Assembly: GCF_000015585.1 (NCBI RefSeq)
Contig: NC_008789.1
Coordinates: forward strand, 2,640,001-2,672,000
DNA length: 32,000 nucleotides
Direction: 5' to 3'
Source of the DNA: Halorhodospira halophila SL1
GTDB lineage: Bacteria; Pseudomonadota; Gammaproteobacteria; Nitrococcales; Halorhodospiraceae
The position numbers were made by a program, and so were the translations under genes. The notes beneath the pieces were generated by a model, which was given only the letters and a program-made list of their open reading frames with translations, had not been told where the DNA came from and ran no database searches. This document shows positions 27,351 through 32,000 of this stretch, piece after piece (within the stretch, counting starts at the first letter, position 1; every line of letters starts with the position of its first letter).

Positions 27351-28178
27351 TCAGCGGATCCAGATCCCTTGCTCGTTGGGCACCAGCAGCACCGAGCAGG
27401 GGCAGTTACGGCAGACCTGCTGCGCGGTACTACCCAAGGCGAGGTCCCGGCCCGGCCCGTCGCCGCGCTTGCCCACCAGGACCATGCTGCTGCGCTCCTT
27501 CTCGGCGACGTTGCGGATGACCCGCGAGGGCGTGCCGGTCTCCAGACGCGTGGTGACGTCGATACCGCGAGCCTGGGCCTGTTCGGCGAAATGCTGCAGG
27601 CGCTCCTGCCCTTCGGTGCGGGTATCCTCGTCGGTGACGTGCAACACCGTCAGTGCACCGACCTGCTCCCCAACATCCAGGGCCAGCGCCTGGGCGGCGG
27701 CGGCCTTCTTGGAGAAGTCGGTGGCCAGCATCGGCCGCTGGAAGGTCTCGCCGTGGCCGAAGGTGTTCGGATCGGGATCGATGCGCTCCATGAGCACCGG
27801 CAGGGCGGTCTGCCGGGCCAGCTCCAGAACCGTGGACCCGTGGTAGAACTCGCGCAGCAGCCCCTCGCCTCGCGAACCGAGGAGGATCAGCTGGGCGCCG
27901 TAACCGCGCCCGATCTTGGCCAACTCCGGTGCGGGAAAGCCGATCGGCTGCTGGATGTCGACCTGGTAGCCGGCCGCCTGGAGGTCTGACTGCTTCTGCG
28001 CAAGACGGCGGCGGGCCTCGGCCCGATGGCCCTCGCTGAGGTCGTCCGGATCGTCGATACGCAGGACATCGACCAGCGTGAACTGCTTCGCCCCAAACTT
28101 GTGCAGCTCGCTGACGGCATCGAGCAGCGGCTGGTAAGGGGACTCGAAGTGCACCGCAACGACTGTGTGGTCGAACAT
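27351..28178 (-). CDS. Tandem-domain universal stress protein (UspA superfamily, two ATP-binding-type domains)
   Basis: The 275-aa product has two USP halves. Each carries G-2x-G-9x-G(S/T): GSRGEGLLREFYHGST and GKRGDGPGRDLALGST. The C-terminus holds a Cys cluster, CRNCPC. A strong AAGGAG Shine-Dalgarno sequence overlaps the glmU stop, and the USP stop lies 1 nt before the glmS ATG. Confidence 0.85.
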   Translation of the reverse strand: MFDHTVVAVHFESPYQPLLDAVSELHKFGAKQFTLVDVLRIDDPDDLSEGHRAEARRRLAQKQSDLQAAGYQVDIQQPIGFPAPELAKIGRGYGAQLILLGSRGEGLLREFYHGSTVLELARQTALPVLMERIDPDPNTFGHGETFQRPMLATDFSKKAAAAQALALDVGEQVGALTVLHVTDEDTRTEGQERLQHFAEQAQARGIDVTTRLETGTPSRVIRNVAEKERSSMVLVGKRGDGPGRDLALGSTAQQVCRNCPCSVLLVPNEQGIWIR

Positions 28179-28187
28179 GCTCGCTCC

Positions 28188-29609
28188 TTACTCTTCCTTG
28201 GCACCGCCGGACGCCGGCGTCGCATCGTTATCATCGGGAGGTCCGCGACGGCCCGTCAAGCCGGGGTGCTGCCAGCCGGGGATGGTCCGGGCGCGGCTGC
28301 GGCCCACGGTGAGGGCGTCGGCCGGCGCATCGCTGGTCAGGGTGGTCCCGGCGCCGATGGTCGCCCGCGCCCCCACCTGGACCGGCGCGACCAGCTGGCT
28401 CCCGGAGCCGATGAAGGCATCCTCACCAATCTGCGTACGGTGCTTCTCGGCCCCGTCGTAGTTGCAGGTGATGGTGCCGGCCCCCAGGTTGGCCCGGGCC
28501 CCGACCTCGGCGTCTCCGACGTAGGTCAGGTGGTTGGCCTTTGCGCCAGGGCCCAGGCGGGCTGCCTTGGTCTCGACGAAATTTCCCACCCGGGCGCCCT
28601 CCTCGAGCACGGTCCCTGGACGCAGATGGGCGAAGGGGCCGACGCGGCACCCTGCGCCAATGTGGGCTTGCTCGACCACAGTATAGGGGCCGACTTGGGC
28701 CCCGTCCTCGATCACGCAGTCGCGCAGGATCACCCCTTGGCCGACCTGCACCCCATGGCCCAGCTGCACTTCGCCCTCCAGGGTGCAGTCAGCGTCCACA
28801 GCGCAGTCGGTACCGTGGCGGACCGCACCACGCAGGGTGAACCGGTGCGGCGCTACCAGGCGCAGCCCTCCCTGCAGCAGGCGCCGCGCCCAGCGTCGCT
28901 GGAACGCCTCTTCCACCTCCGCGAGCTGGACCAGGTCGTTGATGCCGCTGGCTTCGCCGGCCTCGCTCGTGAACCGGGCACGCACCGGGGTGCCGTCCGC
29001 CCTCGCCGCCGCCACCGCATCGGTCAGGTAGTACTCGCCCTGGGCGTTGTCGGCGGACAGAGCGGCCATCCAGCGACGCAGATCACCGGCCGATGCGGCC
29101 AGAAGGCCGGTGTTGACCTCATCGACGCGACGCTGCTCCGGGTCGGCGTCCTTTTCCTCGACGATGGCCACCACGGCGCCGTCGTCATCACGGATGATGC
29201 GGCCGTAACCGGTCGGGTCCGGGACCCGGGCTGCCAGGAGTTCCAGTCCATCTCCGGCAAGCAGGGGTTTGAGGGTCTCAGGGGTGACCAGGGGGACGTC
29301 ACCATAGAGGACCAGCACCCGGTGATCGTCCGGGATCTGCGGCAGCGCGCACGCCACCGCGTGCCCGGTCCCGAGTTGGCGGGGCTGTTCAACCCAGTAG
29401 ACCGGGTAATCGGCGTGCGCGGCGGCGACCTGATCGCCGCCGTGGCCGTAGACCACGTGAACCTGCTCCGGCCCCAGGGCCAGGGCCGTATCCAGGACGT
29501 GGGCAAGCAGGGGGCGCCCAGCCAGCGGTTGCAGAACCTTAGGCTGGGCCGAGCGCATGCGGGTCCCTTTGCCCGCAGCCAGTATGACCACGGCAACAGG
29601 TGCCCGCAT
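28188..29609 (-). CDS. glmU: Bifunctional UDP-N-acetylglucosamine diphosphorylase / glucosamine-1-phosphate N-acetyltransferase
   Basis: The product has VVILAAGKGTRMRS..PKVL at the N-terminus and left-handed beta-helix hexapeptide repeats in the C-terminal half. A GGAGGA Shine-Dalgarno sequence precedes it. A Pro/Asp-rich tail of about 20 aa (RRGPPDDNDATPASGGAKEE) extends past where I recall the E. coli protein ending. Confidence 0.95.
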   Translation of the reverse strand: MRAPVAVVILAAGKGTRMRSAQPKVLQPLAGRPLLAHVLDTALALGPEQVHVVYGHGGDQVAAAHADYPVYWVEQPRQLGTGHAVACALPQIPDDHRVLVLYGDVPLVTPETLKPLLAGDGLELLAARVPDPTGYGRIIRDDDGAVVAIVEEKDADPEQRRVDEVNTGLLAASAGDLRRWMAALSADNAQGEYYLTDAVAAARADGTPVRARFTSEAGEASGINDLVQLAEVEEAFQRRWARRLLQGGLRLVAPHRFTLRGAVRHGTDCAVDADCTLEGEVQLGHGVQVGQGVILRDCVIEDGAQVGPYTVVEQAHIGAGCRVGPFAHLRPGTVLEEGARVGNFVETKAARLGPGAKANHLTYVGDAEVGARANLGAGTITCNYDGAEKHRTQIGEDAFIGSGSQLVAPVQVGARATIGAGTTLTSDAPADALTVGRSRARTIPGWQHPGLTGRRGPPDDNDATPASGGAKEE

Positions 29610-29629
29610 GGTCGGTTCCTCCGTTCGGG

Positions 29630-30055
29630 TCAGCGCTTGGCCCGCTTGCGCAGGCTCTCCAGGGTTCGCAGCTGCGCCATGGCCTCGGCAAGCTCCGCCT
29701 GGACCGAGCTGTAGTCCACCTCGTCCTTCTGCTCGCGGAGCTTCTCCTCGGCCCGCCGCTTGGCCTCGAGGGCCGCGGCCTCGTCGATGTCCCGGGCACG
29801 GACCGCCGTGTCGGCGAGGACGGTGACCTTGTGCGGCTGGACCTCGAGCAGGCCCCCGGAGGCGTAGAAGAAGAATTCCTCTTCGTCGCCCTCCGGGGTG
29901 ATGCGCAGCTCACCCGGACGCAACCGGGTCAGCAGCGGAGCGTGACGCGGGGCTATGCCCACGTCACCCTCGGCCGCCGGCGCAATGACCATGCTCGCCT
30001 GGCCGGCGTACAGCTGCTCTTCAGCACTTACGATGTCGACTTGGAGCGTGCTCAT
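29630..30055 (-). CDS. atpC: F0F1 ATP synthase subunit epsilon
   Basis: The 141-aa product begins MSTLQVDIVSAEEQLY.G....V..P..EG..GI.PRH.PL and directly follows atpD. Confidence 0.95.
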   Translation of the reverse strand: MSTLQVDIVSAEEQLYAGQASMVIAPAAEGDVGIAPRHAPLLTRLRPGELRITPEGDEEEFFFYASGGLLEVQPHKVTVLADTAVRARDIDEAAALEAKRRAEEKLREQKDEVDYSSVQAELAEAMAQLRTLESLRKRAKR

Positions 30056-30067
30056 GGCACCCCCGGA

Positions 30068-32000
<1,933 letters not shown>

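Overview
This window is a very GC-rich, gene-dense stretch of core chromosome from a gammaproteobacterium. It holds 27 supportable CDS and very little non-coding DNA. Acidic secreted and linker sequences and the gene order suggest a halophilic Chromatiales/Ectothiorhodospiraceae-like lineage, but that is inference only.

Gene order, left to right:
- comM(-, runs off the left edge), ubiK(-)
- sigma-54 promoter, glnK(+), amtB(+), intrinsic terminator
- unknown outer-membrane beta-barrel(+), fetA(+), fetB(+)
- speE(-) divergent from speA(+), then a beta-hydroxyacid dehydrogenase(+)
- small membrane protein(-), SPOR protein(-), argS(-)
- cydC(-), cydD(-), cydB(-), cydA(-), which is one cydABDC unit on the minus strand
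- polA(-) divergent from a LOG-family protein(+), then a small DUF2782-like secreted protein(+)
- uvrD(-), oxyR(-), glmS(-), tandem USP(-), glmU(-), atpC(-), atpD(-), atpG(-, runs off the right edge)

I found no rRNA, tRNA, CRISPR array, transposase, integrase, phage gene, recognisable defence gene or obvious compositional island. I therefore do not claim a novel system here.

The observations most worth a second look are:
1. An uncharacterised outer-membrane barrel gene apparently co-transcribed with a FetAB-type ABC exporter.
2. A gap-free co-directional chain atpC-glmU-usp-glmS-oxyR-uvrD. A tandem universal-stress gene splits glmU from glmS, and oxyR has no promoter space of its own.
3. A short-Q-loop (Cio-sized) cytochrome bd fused to cydDC in one operon, with a perfect 17-nt palindrome upstream.
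4. A repeated CTGAAC-type motif in one intergenic region.

The many long ORFs in the track that lie antisense to these genes are high-GC artefacts.
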